From the IMG/VR virus record IMGVR_UViG_3300047553_000733, positions 1 to 64,000 of that record: DNA of 64,000 nucleotides; one strand, written 5' to 3'. Made by a program: the position numbers and the translations under genes. A model generated the notes under the pieces. That model was not told the DNA's origin. It searched no databases and was given only the letters and a program-made list of their open reading frames with translations. Below are positions 45,120-55,051 of the stretch, one piece after another. Origin of the DNA: a virus. Position 1 is the stretch's first letter; each line of letters opens with the position of its first letter.

Positions 45120-45668
45120 TTATAATAATAGTGGAAGCCAAAGCCATACACCCTGACTCATTAACAATGCAGCCAATCCTCCTACCACTATACTAGCCCA
45201 GTAAAGAGGCATACTAACTGCAAGAATACTGGCACTCAGTAGTACAATACTAATTTGAAAAGCACTACCTGCAAAAGTTAACCACGGATTCTTTTTACGA
45301 ATTTCATCGCGCTCTGCTTCTAGGGCTCTAGCCTTAATCATTAATTCCTTTTTGCCCTCGCCAGTTTGTGGGTCGCTCTCATATCTATCAATTTTGGCTT
45401 GTAGTTTAGCTACTTTTTGAGGTTCTTTGCGAAATTCAGCATCTTCTTTTGCCATCTCTGCTAGTGTTTGCTTAATACTTTTTGCTTGATAAAAGGCCCA
45501 AGTATCGTTTGCTTTTATTGTATTGTTGAGCACCTTACTACTATTGCCACTACTAATATAAGTATTAATGGCCAGCAGAGCAGCAAGCACAGTGATAACC
45601 CATCCGGCTTTATCTTTGATTTTTGCTTCTCGTTCACTTCTACTAAGAGGTTTCTTTTCTTCTATCAT
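45120..45668 (-). CDS. DUF4337-like membrane protein
   Basis: ANDTWAFYQAKSIKQ, FQISIVL; 3 TM segments. Confidence 0.75.
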   Translation of the reverse strand: MIEEKKPLSRSEREAKIKDKAGWVITVLAALLAINTYISSGNSSKVLNNTIKANDTWAFYQAKSIKQTLAEMAKEDAEFRKEPQKVAKLQAKIDRYESDPQTGEGKKELMIKARALEAERDEIRKKNPWLTFAGSAFQISIVLLSASILAVSMPLYWASIVVGGLAALLMSQGVWLWLPLLL

Positions 45669-45678
45669 CTAGTACTCC

Positions 45679-46173
45679 TTAACGACTGCAACCAACTTGG
45701 GAGCAATATTTAATTAATTCAACTGTGCCCCAAACCGCACCACTAGCCATAACTATAGTAAGAACAAAAATAAGTGCATATTCAAAATATTCTTGCATTT
45801 GCTGTTTTCGCTTTTTGGCTAACAATTGCTGCTTTTTAGCTTCTCTTGCAGCTTCAAGTTCCATTTGTTGAGCACGCAACTTAATCTTATTCCAAACATC
45901 TACCTTACCAGCTTGCATAAAAAGTAGCTGTAGTTGTTTTTCAAACTGTTGTGCTTGGTCCAGTGCCATTTCTATTTGTATGGCTGCACCCATTGCACTT
46001 TTATTACCGCTGTTTTTAGCTTCTACTACGGCTTTTGTTGCTACACTTTTAGCGTCAAAGTATTTACCAAGTGCAGGACCTAAGGAGGCTACATCATCTA
46101 CTGTGTGCTGTACCTTCTTTATAAAACTAACTGCTGCTTGTATACCTGCCAACGCTGTTATTGGATCTATCAT
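45679..46173 (-). CDS. hypothetical membrane-anchored protein
   Basis: MIDPITALA start, C-terminal TM. Confidence 0.75.
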   Translation of the reverse strand: MIDPITALAGIQAAVSFIKKVQHTVDDVASLGPALGKYFDAKSVATKAVVEAKNSGNKSAMGAAIQIEMALDQAQQFEKQLQLLFMQAGKVDVWNKIKLRAQQMELEAAREAKKQQLLAKKRKQQMQEYFEYALIFVLTIVMASGAVWGTVELIKYCSQVGCSR

Positions 46174-46358
46174 TATACCCCCAATCTACAAATACTTTTA
46201 TATAATCTGTTTGAACAGTTTTTCTCACGTCGCTCTAAACAAATTACTTTTCTATTAAATACATCACCCGTCCAAGCCCACTTAATACACTCGTATATAG
46301 GTGGTTCTGGTAGTTTTGGAGGTTTTGTTAAGGCTATAAGTAATATAACTTCATACAT
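46173..46358 (-). CDS. small hypothetical protein
   Basis: YECIKWAWTGDVFNRKVICL. Confidence 0.6.
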   Translation of the reverse strand: MYEVILLIALTKPPKLPEPPIYECIKWAWTGDVFNRKVICLERREKNCSNRLYKSICRLGV

Positions 46359-46936
46359 TACTTACCTGCCAGCGGATTGTCTATAGCTTTTTGTATTTTA
46401 CTATCAACTTCTTTTTTAAGCTGGTCCACTTCTTTGCTGATTTCTTTACGAGCATCTGCCATTTCTTTTCTTATGGACACTACCTCCGCTCTAGCTTTAT
46501 CCAAATCTTCACGAATATCTTTTCGCGCTTGTCGCATCTCTTGTTCAGTTTCACGTTGCGCTAATTTAACACTACGCTCAACTTGTTCTGTTACTGATTC
46601 ATTTCTGCGAATATCATTTTTTAAATCAGTTTTAATATCGCGAGTATAATCTGCCGCCTTAGAACTATTTTGCTCAATAACTGCTAGTCGTTTATCAAAC
46701 TCGCTGAGATCAGGTGCTTCATAACTAGCAATTTTCTTTTTCATTCCCACATAGTCTTTGTAGATTTCAAAAGTTCCGTACAACCCACCAAGGGCACTGC
46801 TAACTATTGTAAATGCAACCATTAATTTAGCTGGTGTAAACTCGTATCCACCTATGCTAATAACAGTATCTTTACTAGCATACTGTTTGGCAGCTGCCTC
46901 TAGTTTATCTACCTGCTTATTTAGATCTTCTGCCAT
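46358..46936 (-). CDS. TM-anchored coiled-coil protein
   Basis: One TM, then heptad repeats, ends DNPL. Confidence 0.75.
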   Translation of the reverse strand: MAEDLNKQVDKLEAAAKQYASKDTVISIGGYEFTPAKLMVAFTIVSSALGGLYGTFEIYKDYVGMKKKIASYEAPDLSEFDKRLAVIEQNSSKAADYTRDIKTDLKNDIRRNESVTEQVERSVKLAQRETEQEMRQARKDIREDLDKARAEVVSIRKEMADARKEISKEVDQLKKEVDSKIQKAIDNPLAGK

Positions 46937-46937
46937 A

Positions 46938-48722
46938 CTATCTCCTATATTGACTATCTACAAGTTCTTTGTGCCTAGCATCACTGGCACCGCTAAGCCC
47001 TCGCATAGCTCGTTGATTGTCTACAGTAGTTTGACCACGATAAATTTCTGTAGACTTATAAAAGGGCACGTCTTGTAAAATTGCCATATAGGTTTCAAAA
47101 CCTTGCGGCTGTCTAGCAATACTTGCTATACTAACTCCGCCAGCTAATTCGCTATCCTGTGCCTTTTGATTAATTGGTTTCGGTGGTGATTGATTACTAA
47201 CATTATCTAAGTTAGGTATTGTGCCCAGAAATTTTTCTAGCGGATTGGTCGGCCCTATTACTTGTTTTTGCTCAGTGTTTATTTCAGGCAATAGGTCTAT
47301 TTTTTGCTGCAGCGGTGTTGCAGCATATGTAGATTGAACAACAATACTTGATTGCTGTAATTGTTGTGGCGGGGGTACTAAAGAATAAATACTGCTAGTT
47401 TGCTGCTGCTGTGATTGATCTACTAAAACAGGTAGTATAACTGTACTAACTACCTGTTGAGGTTCTACACTTTTTATCGTCACAGGTTGTGGTAAATTCT
47501 GAGAAAAACTTTCCACATTACTGCCGCCCGTACTTGCTAAACTAGTATTATTTCGCTGATTTTGATTGCTGGGCTGCAAGGAAAAATCTTGACGAATTGT
47601 ATTTACAAAAGTTTGTTGTACACTAGTACTTTGCGAATTTTGTTGAATTTGCTGTTGTTCTTGTTGTTGCTGATTTTGTTTACTACTAAAAGATTCTGCA
47701 TCTTGTGTTGCTTTTTCAGCTTGTTTTGTAGCTTCTTGTATAGCTTGTTGAACTACTGAACGCTCTGTTCTACTAACCTGGGACTGTACGCCAGTAATAA
47801 TACTTAACAATGTACCAATGCTTGGTTGAGAGCTTTGTTTTTGAGTAACTTGTGGTGTAACTACAGCCATTACTGGAGTAGTAGTAGCTGTAACTGTAGC
47901 TGTGGCAGTAGTAGCCGTAGTTGTAGTTACTGGTTGTTGACCTACTGCACTAGTAACCACAGGTTCTGCAACTACTGTAGATTGTTGCGGGGTCGGGTCC
48001 GCTATTGCAATAGTTTTTGGTATTAATTTATTAAAAGCATCTAAATAACCGGGACAAGTTGGGGAGTACAGTGAGTTACTTACACATGGATCAACACTGT
48101 ACTTTAAGCTAAAGTTAATATTGTTTATTTCAGGACCATATGGGCCTGCCCAACCATTACTGTCACGACCAACAAAACCATAAGTTACATTTTTTAAGTC
48201 GTTGGCTATGAAAGGTGTTGTAAAAGTTTCACTAAAATTAAAAGTTGTCCAATTAAACTTATTAGTTAAATTGTAAGTATTATAGCTAACTACTTGATTA
48301 TTTTGATTAGTAAAGTGAGTATAAGCATACAAGTAGTCAGTTTGTCCATTATCCCAGCCGTTACCATTTTTAGCAGTAAAACTAAAATTATAACCATTTA
48401 CTCTTAAACCTGTGGCTGAAGGCAGGACACTAGCTACAGCTTGACTTTGGTATAGGTCCGTTTGGCCAAAAGAGAAATTTATATTATTACCTGGTCGCAC
48501 AATTGCATTTGGTCCGCAATATCCAGGATCACCCCACGTCCAGCATGTTAGACTGTTCTGATAAACGCCATTTGTCCAAGTACTTGGTCCACCTTGTTGC
48601 GTTTGTTGAACTATATTACCAGTAGTGTACTGTTGTCCAGGTACTAATTCTTGTGAATTAGAATAGCTTGAAGGCAACCATGCCAAGCAGAGCACCAAGA
48701 CCCATTTTCTTATAAGTGTCAT
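46938..48722 (-). CDS. secreted protein with beta-rich N-terminal domain and Q/T-rich linker
   Basis: Signal peptide; GWAGPYGP, DPC..P.CPGY; low-complexity middle. Confidence 0.75.
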   Translation of the reverse strand: MTLIRKWVLVLCLAWLPSSYSNSQELVPGQQYTTGNIVQQTQQGGPSTWTNGVYQNSLTCWTWGDPGYCGPNAIVRPGNNINFSFGQTDLYQSQAVASVLPSATGLRVNGYNFSFTAKNGNGWDNGQTDYLYAYTHFTNQNNQVVSYNTYNLTNKFNWTTFNFSETFTTPFIANDLKNVTYGFVGRDSNGWAGPYGPEINNINFSLKYSVDPCVSNSLYSPTCPGYLDAFNKLIPKTIAIADPTPQQSTVVAEPVVTSAVGQQPVTTTTATTATATVTATTTPVMAVVTPQVTQKQSSQPSIGTLLSIITGVQSQVSRTERSVVQQAIQEATKQAEKATQDAESFSSKQNQQQQEQQQIQQNSQSTSVQQTFVNTIRQDFSLQPSNQNQRNNTSLASTGGSNVESFSQNLPQPVTIKSVEPQQVVSTVILPVLVDQSQQQQTSSIYSLVPPPQQLQQSSIVVQSTYAATPLQQKIDLLPEINTEQKQVIGPTNPLEKFLGTIPNLDNVSNQSPPKPINQKAQDSELAGGVSIASIARQPQGFETYMAILQDVPFYKSTEIYRGQTTVDNQRAMRGLSGASDARHKELVDSQYRR

Positions 48723-49911
48723 CTAACTTCTCCTTTACTGGGCTAGGAATTTTCTCTGGATTCTGTTCCCATGCTAGCTTAGCTTGTTCACCGATTTTAC
48801 CTTCATAAGGACAAGGAGTACCTGCTGCCATCATTGCATCCCAAACACGACGATCTTGACACATAGTAGCAACTGCTGCTACTTTCATACCCATATCAAA
48901 TAGGGTTTTACTCAACTTTAGTCGCTCGCAGTTTAAATCACGAACTGTTCCACCACTGCTAACACCAAATATTTGTGTTTGTACACTGCCACTAGTACCT
49001 GTACTACATAGATCTTGATTACCACCACTTAACATACTTGGTGCAATTGCTGTTGCTGGTGGTTGTATTACTCGCTGCGTAACCTCACTAGTATTTTGAT
49101 TTACATTGGTAACTGTGCCACTGTTAATATTTTGATTAACATTGGTATTTTGGTTTACATTATTATTAGTACTAGTGCTTGTATTAATATTACGATTAGT
49201 CATATCACCAGTATTAATATTTGTATTAGTATTCTGATTAGTATTAGTACTTGTTGCCGTACTAGTATTAATATTGCGATTAGTCATATCGCCAGTATTA
49301 ATATTATTGTTTGTACTAGTAGAATTACTGGTATTAATATTTCTGTATGTCATATCACCAGTATTAATATTGTTGTTTGTGTTTGTACTTGTACTTACAT
49401 TATTGTTATTATAAGTCATTGTACCACTATTAACATTATAGTTAGTATTTGTACTAGTACTGGTGCTAGTATTAATATTGCGATTAGTCATATCGCCAGT
49501 ATTAACATTGTTGTTTTGATTAACATTGGTACTTGTACTAGTATTAACATTATTGTTATTGTTGGTCATTGTGCCAGTATTAACATTGTTGTTATTATAA
49601 GTCATTGTACCACTATTAACATTGTTGTTGTTAATAGTTTGTGTACCACTATTAATATTATTGTTTGTATTAACATTAGTACTTGTACTTGTACTCGTGT
49701 TATTATTATTGTTTGTGTTTGTACTATTAACAGTACTAGTACTTGTGTTAGTACTAGTACTAGTACTTGTGTTATTACTATTAACAGTACTTGTACTAGT
49801 GCTAGTACTGTTAGTATCTACCAGTGTTTTGTTATCATAGGTAGTTGTAGTTTGCGCTAAGGCAGAACCTACAGCAAAGGTTAATAATATTACCAAATTC
49901 TTTACTTGCAT
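48658..49911 (-). CDS. secreted Asn/Thr-repeat protein with Cys-containing C-terminal domain
   Basis: Signal peptide; repeats N(I/V)N(T/S)G(D/T)MT(N/Y)(R/N)N; DLC..NCERLK..MCQD..GTPCP. Confidence 0.8.
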   Translation of the reverse strand: MQVKNLVILLTFAVGSALAQTTTTYDNKTLVDTNSTSTSTSTVNSNNTSTSTSTNTSTSTVNSTNTNNNNNTSTSTSTNVNTNNNINSGTQTINNNNVNSGTMTYNNNNVNTGTMTNNNNNVNTSTSTNVNQNNNVNTGDMTNRNINTSTSTSTNTNYNVNSGTMTYNNNNVSTSTNTNNNINTGDMTYRNINTSNSTSTNNNINTGDMTNRNINTSTATSTNTNQNTNTNINTGDMTNRNINTSTSTNNNVNQNTNVNQNINSGTVTNVNQNTSEVTQRVIQPPATAIAPSMLSGGNQDLCSTGTSGSVQTQIFGVSSGGTVRDLNCERLKLSKTLFDMGMKVAAVATMCQDRRVWDAMMAAGTPCPYEGKIGEQAKLAWEQNPEKIPSPVKEKLDDTYKKMGLGALLGMVAFKLF

Positions 49912-49926
49912 TTCTGCCCCCTTTAT

Positions 49927-50541
49927 TTAAGCACCAAATACGTGTAGCGCGTGCTCGTAGTGTTTTTGTCTATCTTCTAATCCGATAGTACCGCCGTTAA
50001 TTCGTTTTGTTAATGTTACGATGTCACCACGATCTGCCCACTGATTTAGGTTATTTGTTTCCCAGAACCAGCATGCACTCTGTGCTGCACCCTCAAAAGT
50101 TTCCATATACTCACTAGCTTCTTCAGGGCTAATGCCTAAACTGGCTGCAAACCAGCTGTAATTGTCACGACCAGTTACCTGTATTAATCCGCGACCACAA
50201 AACCTCCAACCATCTCCGCTGGCCTCATCACCATTGCCCATGCGATTAGCATATACTCTGTTAGCAATCCTTTGTGGCTGCTTTTCGTATTGCTGCGCCA
50301 ATGCGTCCGTTTGAAAATACTTGGGAAAAGTTTTTCGTAGGGACTGCCACTTATAGTTTAGATTCTCTTTGATAAAAACAAAATTACCCGACTCATGAGC
50401 ACACTGTGCTAAAAAAGCTGCTAATCGTTGCGGAGTGTCAATTTGGTACTGCGGCAGCAATTGTTCCAGTGCATTGAACCAATATTGTGTATACTGATTT
50501 TTAGGTATAATTTGTTGTAAGTGTTGTAATTCTAATTCCAC
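49927..50541 (-). CDS. endolysin, glycoside hydrolase family 19
   Basis: FLAQCAHES, ENLNY, IANRVY, GRGLIQVTGRDNY, RINGG. Confidence 0.95.
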   Translation of the reverse strand: MELELQHLQQIIPKNQYTQYWFNALEQLLPQYQIDTPQRLAAFLAQCAHESGNFVFIKENLNYKWQSLRKTFPKYFQTDALAQQYEKQPQRIANRVYANRMGNGDEASGDGWRFCGRGLIQVTGRDNYSWFAASLGISPEEASEYMETFEGAAQSACWFWETNNLNQWADRGDIVTLTKRINGGTIGLEDRQKHYEHALHVFGA

Positions 50542-50801
50542 TACTTTAACTCCTTGTAAATATTTTGTTGTGTTTTGTACCACTCTTGCCAGCCATGTAC
50601 TAACACACTACACTGATAGTGTTTTGTATAATTTTCTACAACTACTTTTGTTAAGTCTACTAAGCTGGCCTCTTTAGCTACTTCTTTAAGCTGCTCGCAT
50701 TGTTGCATTAACACATCAGGTGCTTGCGGAAATTTTTGAGTAACTGGCACAGTAGTACTGCAACCAGTTAGTAGTAATAAAATAAGGACAATATACTTCA
50801 T
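50541..50801 (-). CDS. o-spanin (Rz1-like lipoprotein)
   Basis: LLTGC lipobox; adjacent to endolysin. Confidence 0.8.
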   Translation of the reverse strand: MKYIVLILLLLTGCSTTVPVTQKFPQAPDVLMQQCEQLKEVAKEASLVDLTKVVVENYTKHYQCSVLVHGWQEWYKTQQNIYKELK

Positions 50802-51229
50802 GGTTTTGCTGCCTTATTTATTGTGGTAACTACCTCATCAGGTAATTTAGGACATTGTTCAATATACTTGACTACTTCTTGATTTTTTACAACTTCACGG
50901 TCTATATACTTTATAATGTCTTCACCACGCTCTTTTACGATTTGTTTTTTAGTGATTACTTTTTCAACTATTTTAACATTTTCCTCAGCGCTTTTAGCTT
51001 CTAAAGTTTTTACTTGTAGTTCTAAGGCGTGTGTACGCTTACGCCATGCATCATCATTGGCCTGCATTCCTAGCATGTACACACTTAAAAATACTATGGC
51101 TATAGACGCCCACTTAAAAGTGCTACTATATGGTAAAACCTTTAGTGTACTGGACACTAGATATAGTACAATGCCTAAAAAGAAAGTTAATTGAAATATC
51201 CACGAAGGTAAAAAATTAAATATCCACAC
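50798..51229 (-). CDS. i-spanin (Rz-like)
   Basis: TM segments plus coiled coil; precedes the lipoprotein. Confidence 0.7.
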   Translation of the reverse strand: MWIFNFLPSWIFQLTFFLGIVLYLVSSTLKVLPYSSTFKWASIAIVFLSVYMLGMQANDDAWRKRTHALELQVKTLEAKSAEENVKIVEKVITKKQIVKERGEDIIKYIDREVVKNQEVVKYIEQCPKLPDEVVTTINKAAKP

Positions 51230-51268
51230 TAAAATGCCTCCGGTAGTACTGAAAGTATTTCTTCCACG

Positions 51269-51958
51269 TCACTCCACCAATTCTGGAAATAAGTCTTTAT
51301 GTATAAAATCATGTACCATTTCCTCTGTAAATCCTAAAGCCTGCAACACTTTAGGTGTGTGCGGGTTTTGTTTTTGTTGCTGACAGTAAAAATTTTGGTG
51401 CTTGGTGTAGTTATACTCACGCACTAAGTCATCATAACTTTTAGGTGGTCTGCTATACATTATATTATCCAAGTAGTACACCAACAACTCTTTACTTAAG
51501 TCTAATATTTCTACTAACTCAAACTCAGTATTAATGTTACCAGCTGCAACCATCTTATCACTAAATATCTTTTTAGCCCAGTCTGGCAGTACTCTAGGTT
51601 TTGACCACTCATAGCGGCTAACTTTATCACTAAAGTACTGATTAAACTTGTGCTCGGGATCAACAGGGCTAAAGTCTAAGAAAGCTCCTGTAACTTTATT
51701 TGGGCCAGCAACAAGGTCAAAACCAAATATTGGTGCACCGTCAAAAATATGCGGAAATACACATAGGTGCATCATCCACAGTTTCTTTGTTTCTGTAGCG
51801 TCTATTATGTCTAAGTGCATGCGTCTTGCAAGTGCACTACTATAAACTTGGTTAGTCCAGTTATAGGTGTTTGTTTCAGGCAGTAAAAAGGCCCGTGAGC
51901 TTAAAACTTTTTCAAGTTCTAGCGCATGGGCCTTTAACCTATTAAAGATTATACTCAT
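51269..51958 (-). CDS. ferredoxin-dependent bilin reductase (PcyA/PcyX-like)
   Basis: RRMHLD, MMHLCVFP, PIFGFDLVAG..GAFLDFSP, LPDWAKKIFS, YCQQQKQNPHT. Confidence 0.85.
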   Translation of the reverse strand: MSIIFNRLKAHALELEKVLSSRAFLLPETNTYNWTNQVYSSALARRMHLDIIDATETKKLWMMHLCVFPHIFDGAPIFGFDLVAGPNKVTGAFLDFSPVDPEHKFNQYFSDKVSRYEWSKPRVLPDWAKKIFSDKMVAAGNINTEFELVEILDLSKELLVYYLDNIMYSRPPKSYDDLVREYNYTKHQNFYCQQQKQNPHTPKVLQALGFTEEMVHDFIHKDLFPELVE

Positions 51959-52463
51959 CTGCAATCCTGCTAAACAGGTGCAAGGTTAACTCAAAGCATT
52001 TATTTGCTTCACTAGCCATGCTAACATCCAATTTAGTCCTTAATAGTTGTATTAATTCTTGACGATTTTGAAACTGGTACATTGCTCCGCTACCAGGTAC
52101 TTTGCTTTTTATTATCTGACCACCGTATAAATCACCCATATGTTTGGTATATATGTGTGCCCATAAACCGTGATCAGTTAAACACTTTACGTGTCTGCAG
52201 TATTCTGCGGTACTGTCAAATATAATTACTGGCTCGTCTAATTCCAGTAAGTCTTGCAGTATGTACTCACTGCGTTGTATGCCTGGCAAATCTTGTAACA
52301 AATGGTCTGCACAGTGCTCTAGTACTTGATATTGTAGCAACTGATTTGCTAAGTAAGTGGCGTATATGCCGCTAGTAATTTTTCCACCAAGTAGTAGTTG
52401 TGTAAACTTGTGATTTTCTGCAATTTCGTGGTTGTGATGTGTTAATTCTTTTAATGTTGACAT
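51942..52463 (-). CDS. heme oxygenase
   Basis: LKELT..H..AE, AHIYTKHMGDLYGGQII, EANKCF. Confidence 0.9.
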   Translation of the reverse strand: MSTLKELTHHNHEIAENHKFTQLLLGGKITSGIYATYLANQLLQYQVLEHCADHLLQDLPGIQRSEYILQDLLELDEPVIIFDSTAEYCRHVKCLTDHGLWAHIYTKHMGDLYGGQIIKSKVPGSGAMYQFQNRQELIQLLRTKLDVSMASEANKCFELTLHLFSRIADEYNL

Positions 52464-53311
52464 ACATACTCATGTGGTTGTATAAATTTATAGTCGCCTA
52501 TAAGATTTGTTCGCAGCTTTGTTAAATCTGCTTTGCTATAGTATTGATACTTTCCGCGCAACTCGTTGGGCATATCAATCCTGTGCGAGTTATCTGTGTA
52601 CAGTCTAGCAATTTCTAAAAAGCTTGTAGCTACACCAGACCCTAAATTGTAGATGCCTGGGTGTTTGTTGGTATAATTAACCATGACGTTTACTACATCG
52701 TCAACGCACACAAAGTCTCGTAGTATTTTTTCACTGCCATGAAACAGTGTAACTATACCTTCCTGCTCAACCTGTTCTTTAAACTTGCTGATTGGGCTTT
52801 GCTGTGCACCTTTGTGCTGTTCGCCACTGCCGTAGACATTGAATGGTCTGAATACCCAGGTATTTGGCATGCTGGCAACCACCTCACTCAACTGTTTGGA
52901 CACTGCATACGGATTGAGTGGATCTAGCTTGTCAGTTTCACAGAATGTTTCGCTATTGCCATATACACTAGCGCTGCTTGTGTATACCAGAGGTATTTGC
53001 TTCAGCTGACAAAATTCTGACCAGCTAAGGGTATGGGTATAGTTATAGTTAAGCAGTCGTTTGCCATCCGTTTCTGTGGTGCTGGAAATCCCGCCACAGT
53101 GAAATACCTTGCATATGTCCAGCTTTAGCAACTCAGTCCAGTTTATATTGTCTAAATCACGGTAGGCCAAAAACTTTAGTGTTTTTAGGGTCATCAACTT
53201 GCTGGCATCACTACAATCATCAACAATTAATATATTTTCTATGCCTTGCTTATTAAGCAACTTGACCAAGTTACTACCAATAAAACCAGCACCGCCTGTT
53301 ACGACATACAT
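52451..53311 (-). CDS. hldD: ADP-L-glycero-D-manno-heptose-6-epimerase-like
   Basis: VTGGAGFIGSNLV, SSTTE, SSASVYG, YAVSK, YQYYSKADLTKLR. Confidence 0.85.
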   Translation of the reverse strand: MYVVTGGAGFIGSNLVKLLNKQGIENILIVDDCSDASKLMTLKTLKFLAYRDLDNINWTELLKLDICKVFHCGGISSTTETDGKRLLNYNYTHTLSWSEFCQLKQIPLVYTSSASVYGNSETFCETDKLDPLNPYAVSKQLSEVVASMPNTWVFRPFNVYGSGEQHKGAQQSPISKFKEQVEQEGIVTLFHGSEKILRDFVCVDDVVNVMVNYTNKHPGIYNLGSGVATSFLEIARLYTDNSHRIDMPNELRGKYQYYSKADLTKLRTNLIGDYKFIQPHEYVCQH

Positions 53312-53601
53312 TGAAAATATTCCTTGTCACTGAGCGCTTTATCGTCTATGAATACATCATAGCTAGGCTTTTTCATATGTAATTTGGTGTATTTGCAACC
53401 CCACGCCTCAAGCTGCTGTTGTGTAAGTTTGGTATAGTCTTTGCCACTGTGACCGCCACGCGCAGTCCAGTAGTGAATCTCATGCCCACTATCAAACAAC
53501 TGATTTATGTGCTCAATACGATTTGTGTAAGGTCTGGCCAACTTATAGTTGCCGTTTGTGTTTGTGCAAATAGTGCCGTCAATATCAATATAGTAAATCA
53601 T
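53299..53601 (-). CDS. small HAD-family phosphatase
   Basis: DIDGT, TARG, KP, FIDDK. Confidence 0.8.
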   Translation of the reverse strand: MIYYIDIDGTICTNTNGNYKLARPYTNRIEHINQLFDSGHEIHYWTARGGHSGKDYTKLTQQQLEAWGCKYTKLHMKKPSYDVFIDDKALSDKEYFQCMS

Positions 53602-53954
53602 CGCTGACTGTCGCCGGGTTGAACTCTGTAATTATCCTCTACGCTGTCTGGAGTGCTCACCTCTAATACAGTGCCTGCCTCCAAACAAATAATTCTGTGT
53701 GGTACTAGCTTGGCGTTGTGGTGTACCCCGCCTTCGCCAATGATCTTCTTATGCACTTCTGCTGTGTTGGTGTCAATAGTTTCAATTTCGAACCTACCAC
53801 TTAACACATACCAAGTTTCCACTTTTTTACTATGAAAGTGCATTGAAAACTTAGCACCTTGATTAAAGTTTAAAAACTTACTGCAGTAGTGATCGTTTGT
53901 AGCCCATATCAATTCACTGCCCCAGCCCTTTTTAACTAATCCCTCTAATCTCAT
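53598..53954 (-). CDS. cupin, sugar isomerase-like
   Basis: KGWGSE, SMHFH..ETW, H, EVST..DNYR. Confidence 0.8.
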   Translation of the reverse strand: MRLEGLVKKGWGSELIWATNDHYCSKFLNFNQGAKFSMHFHSKKVETWYVLSGRFEIETIDTNTAEVHKKIIGEGGVHHNAKLVPHRIICLEAGTVLEVSTPDSVEDNYRVQPGDSQR

Positions 53955-54735
53955 CTATTTCTTTCAGTTTAGGCGCGTATACGCCAACATGTTTTACTGT
54001 TATGCCTGCTGCTAAGTTAGCAAACTTAATTGCCTGTTGCATACTGTTTGTATTCAAATACTCAAACACTAGTGCGGATAAAAATGTATCGCCTGCTCCG
54101 CATACGTCGGCTACTTGCACTGGATCACTGGAAAAGTACTCACCCAGATATGTAGTACCGCGGCCGCCCAGTGTAACAATAATATTATTGCCTACAGTGT
54201 GTGCTTGATTGCGTTCGTGCTCATTAATTTTAATAAACACATTTGGCTTATCAAACTGTTGCAAGTCTGTTTTCTTGGTATCTATGAATACTGGACAAGT
54301 GGCTTGATCTATAATTTCGTGTAGTAACTCATAGCTTACACAGCCCTTGTTGTAATCACTAACCACAATTGCGTTATATATGGGAGGTATTTTAGTTTCC
54401 AGCTCCAGCGGCTTGCTGTATGCGTCTTGATCTAGGCGCATTATGTGCTGACCACTTTTACTGTCAATAAATCTAGTTTTAACACTGCCTGGCAGTGTAA
54501 GCAGCTCAACTGTGCAATCAAGTGCCTGCAAGTTCTCGCGAACATTGGCAGCCATGCCCGGCTTTTCCAGCTCTGTTTGTGGTACAAATACTGGCACAGG
54601 TGCTTCAGGGCTCAGCCTGTTAATACTTCCAAAAACATACTTATCAACGCAAACGTCGCCGATTAATAAAATGTTCCAAGATTTGCGTTGTTGAGTCAGT
54701 AGTTGTTCTGCTATAAAATTCAAGTCGTTTTGCAT
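53932..54735 (-). CDS. heptose-7-phosphate kinase (HldE/RfaE domain I, PfkB family)
   Basis: RLSPEAPVPV, GMAANV, SDYNKG, DVCGAGDTF. Confidence 0.9.
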   Translation of the reverse strand: MQNDLNFIAEQLLTQQRKSWNILLIGDVCVDKYVFGSINRLSPEAPVPVFVPQTELEKPGMAANVRENLQALDCTVELLTLPGSVKTRFIDSKSGQHIMRLDQDAYSKPLELETKIPPIYNAIVVSDYNKGCVSYELLHEIIDQATCPVFIDTKKTDLQQFDKPNVFIKINEHERNQAHTVGNNIIVTLGGRGTTYLGEYFSSDPVQVADVCGAGDTFLSALVFEYLNTNSMQQAIKFANLAAGITVKHVGVYAPKLKEIDEIRGIS

Positions 54736-55051
54736 ATTCTGAACCGATTACAGGCTTGTTGCGATAGTCACTGCCTACAATCATTATGTCTGGTCTATAT
54801 TGTTTTACTAGTTGTGTTAGTTCTACATCACTGTCGAACACAACCACTTCATCAACCCAGCGTAAACTTTCTAATAGTTTTTTTCTGTTTTGTTGTGGAT
54901 TTAGTGGTCTGTCCGCACCTTTTAACTTTGCAACCCTGTCATCAGAGTCGATACCTACAAGCAAAAAAGTACCTAAACTTGCCGCGTGCTGCAACAAGTT
55001 CAGGTGACTTGGATGTAAAACGTCAAAAGTGCCGTTTACAAATATTTTCAT
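54644..55051 (-). CDS. heptose-1-phosphate nucleotidyltransferase (HldE/RfaE domain II)
   Basis: NGTFDVLHPSH, KGADRP, VDEVVVF, GSDY, STTQI. Confidence 0.9.
   Translation of the reverse strand: MKIFVNGTFDVLHPSHLNLLQHAASLGTFLLVGIDSDDRVAKLKGADRPLNPQQNRKKLLESLRWVDEVVVFDSDVELTQLVKQYRPDIMIVGSDYRNKPVIGSEYAKRLEFYSRTTTDSTTQILEHFINRRRLR

Noticed and set aside
49063-49860. Plus-strand 265-aa and 72-aa ORFs; possible CRISPR-like DNA repeats
   Set aside because: Antisense shadows of the Asn/Thr repeat gene; the repeats are in-frame coding repeats without unique spacers.
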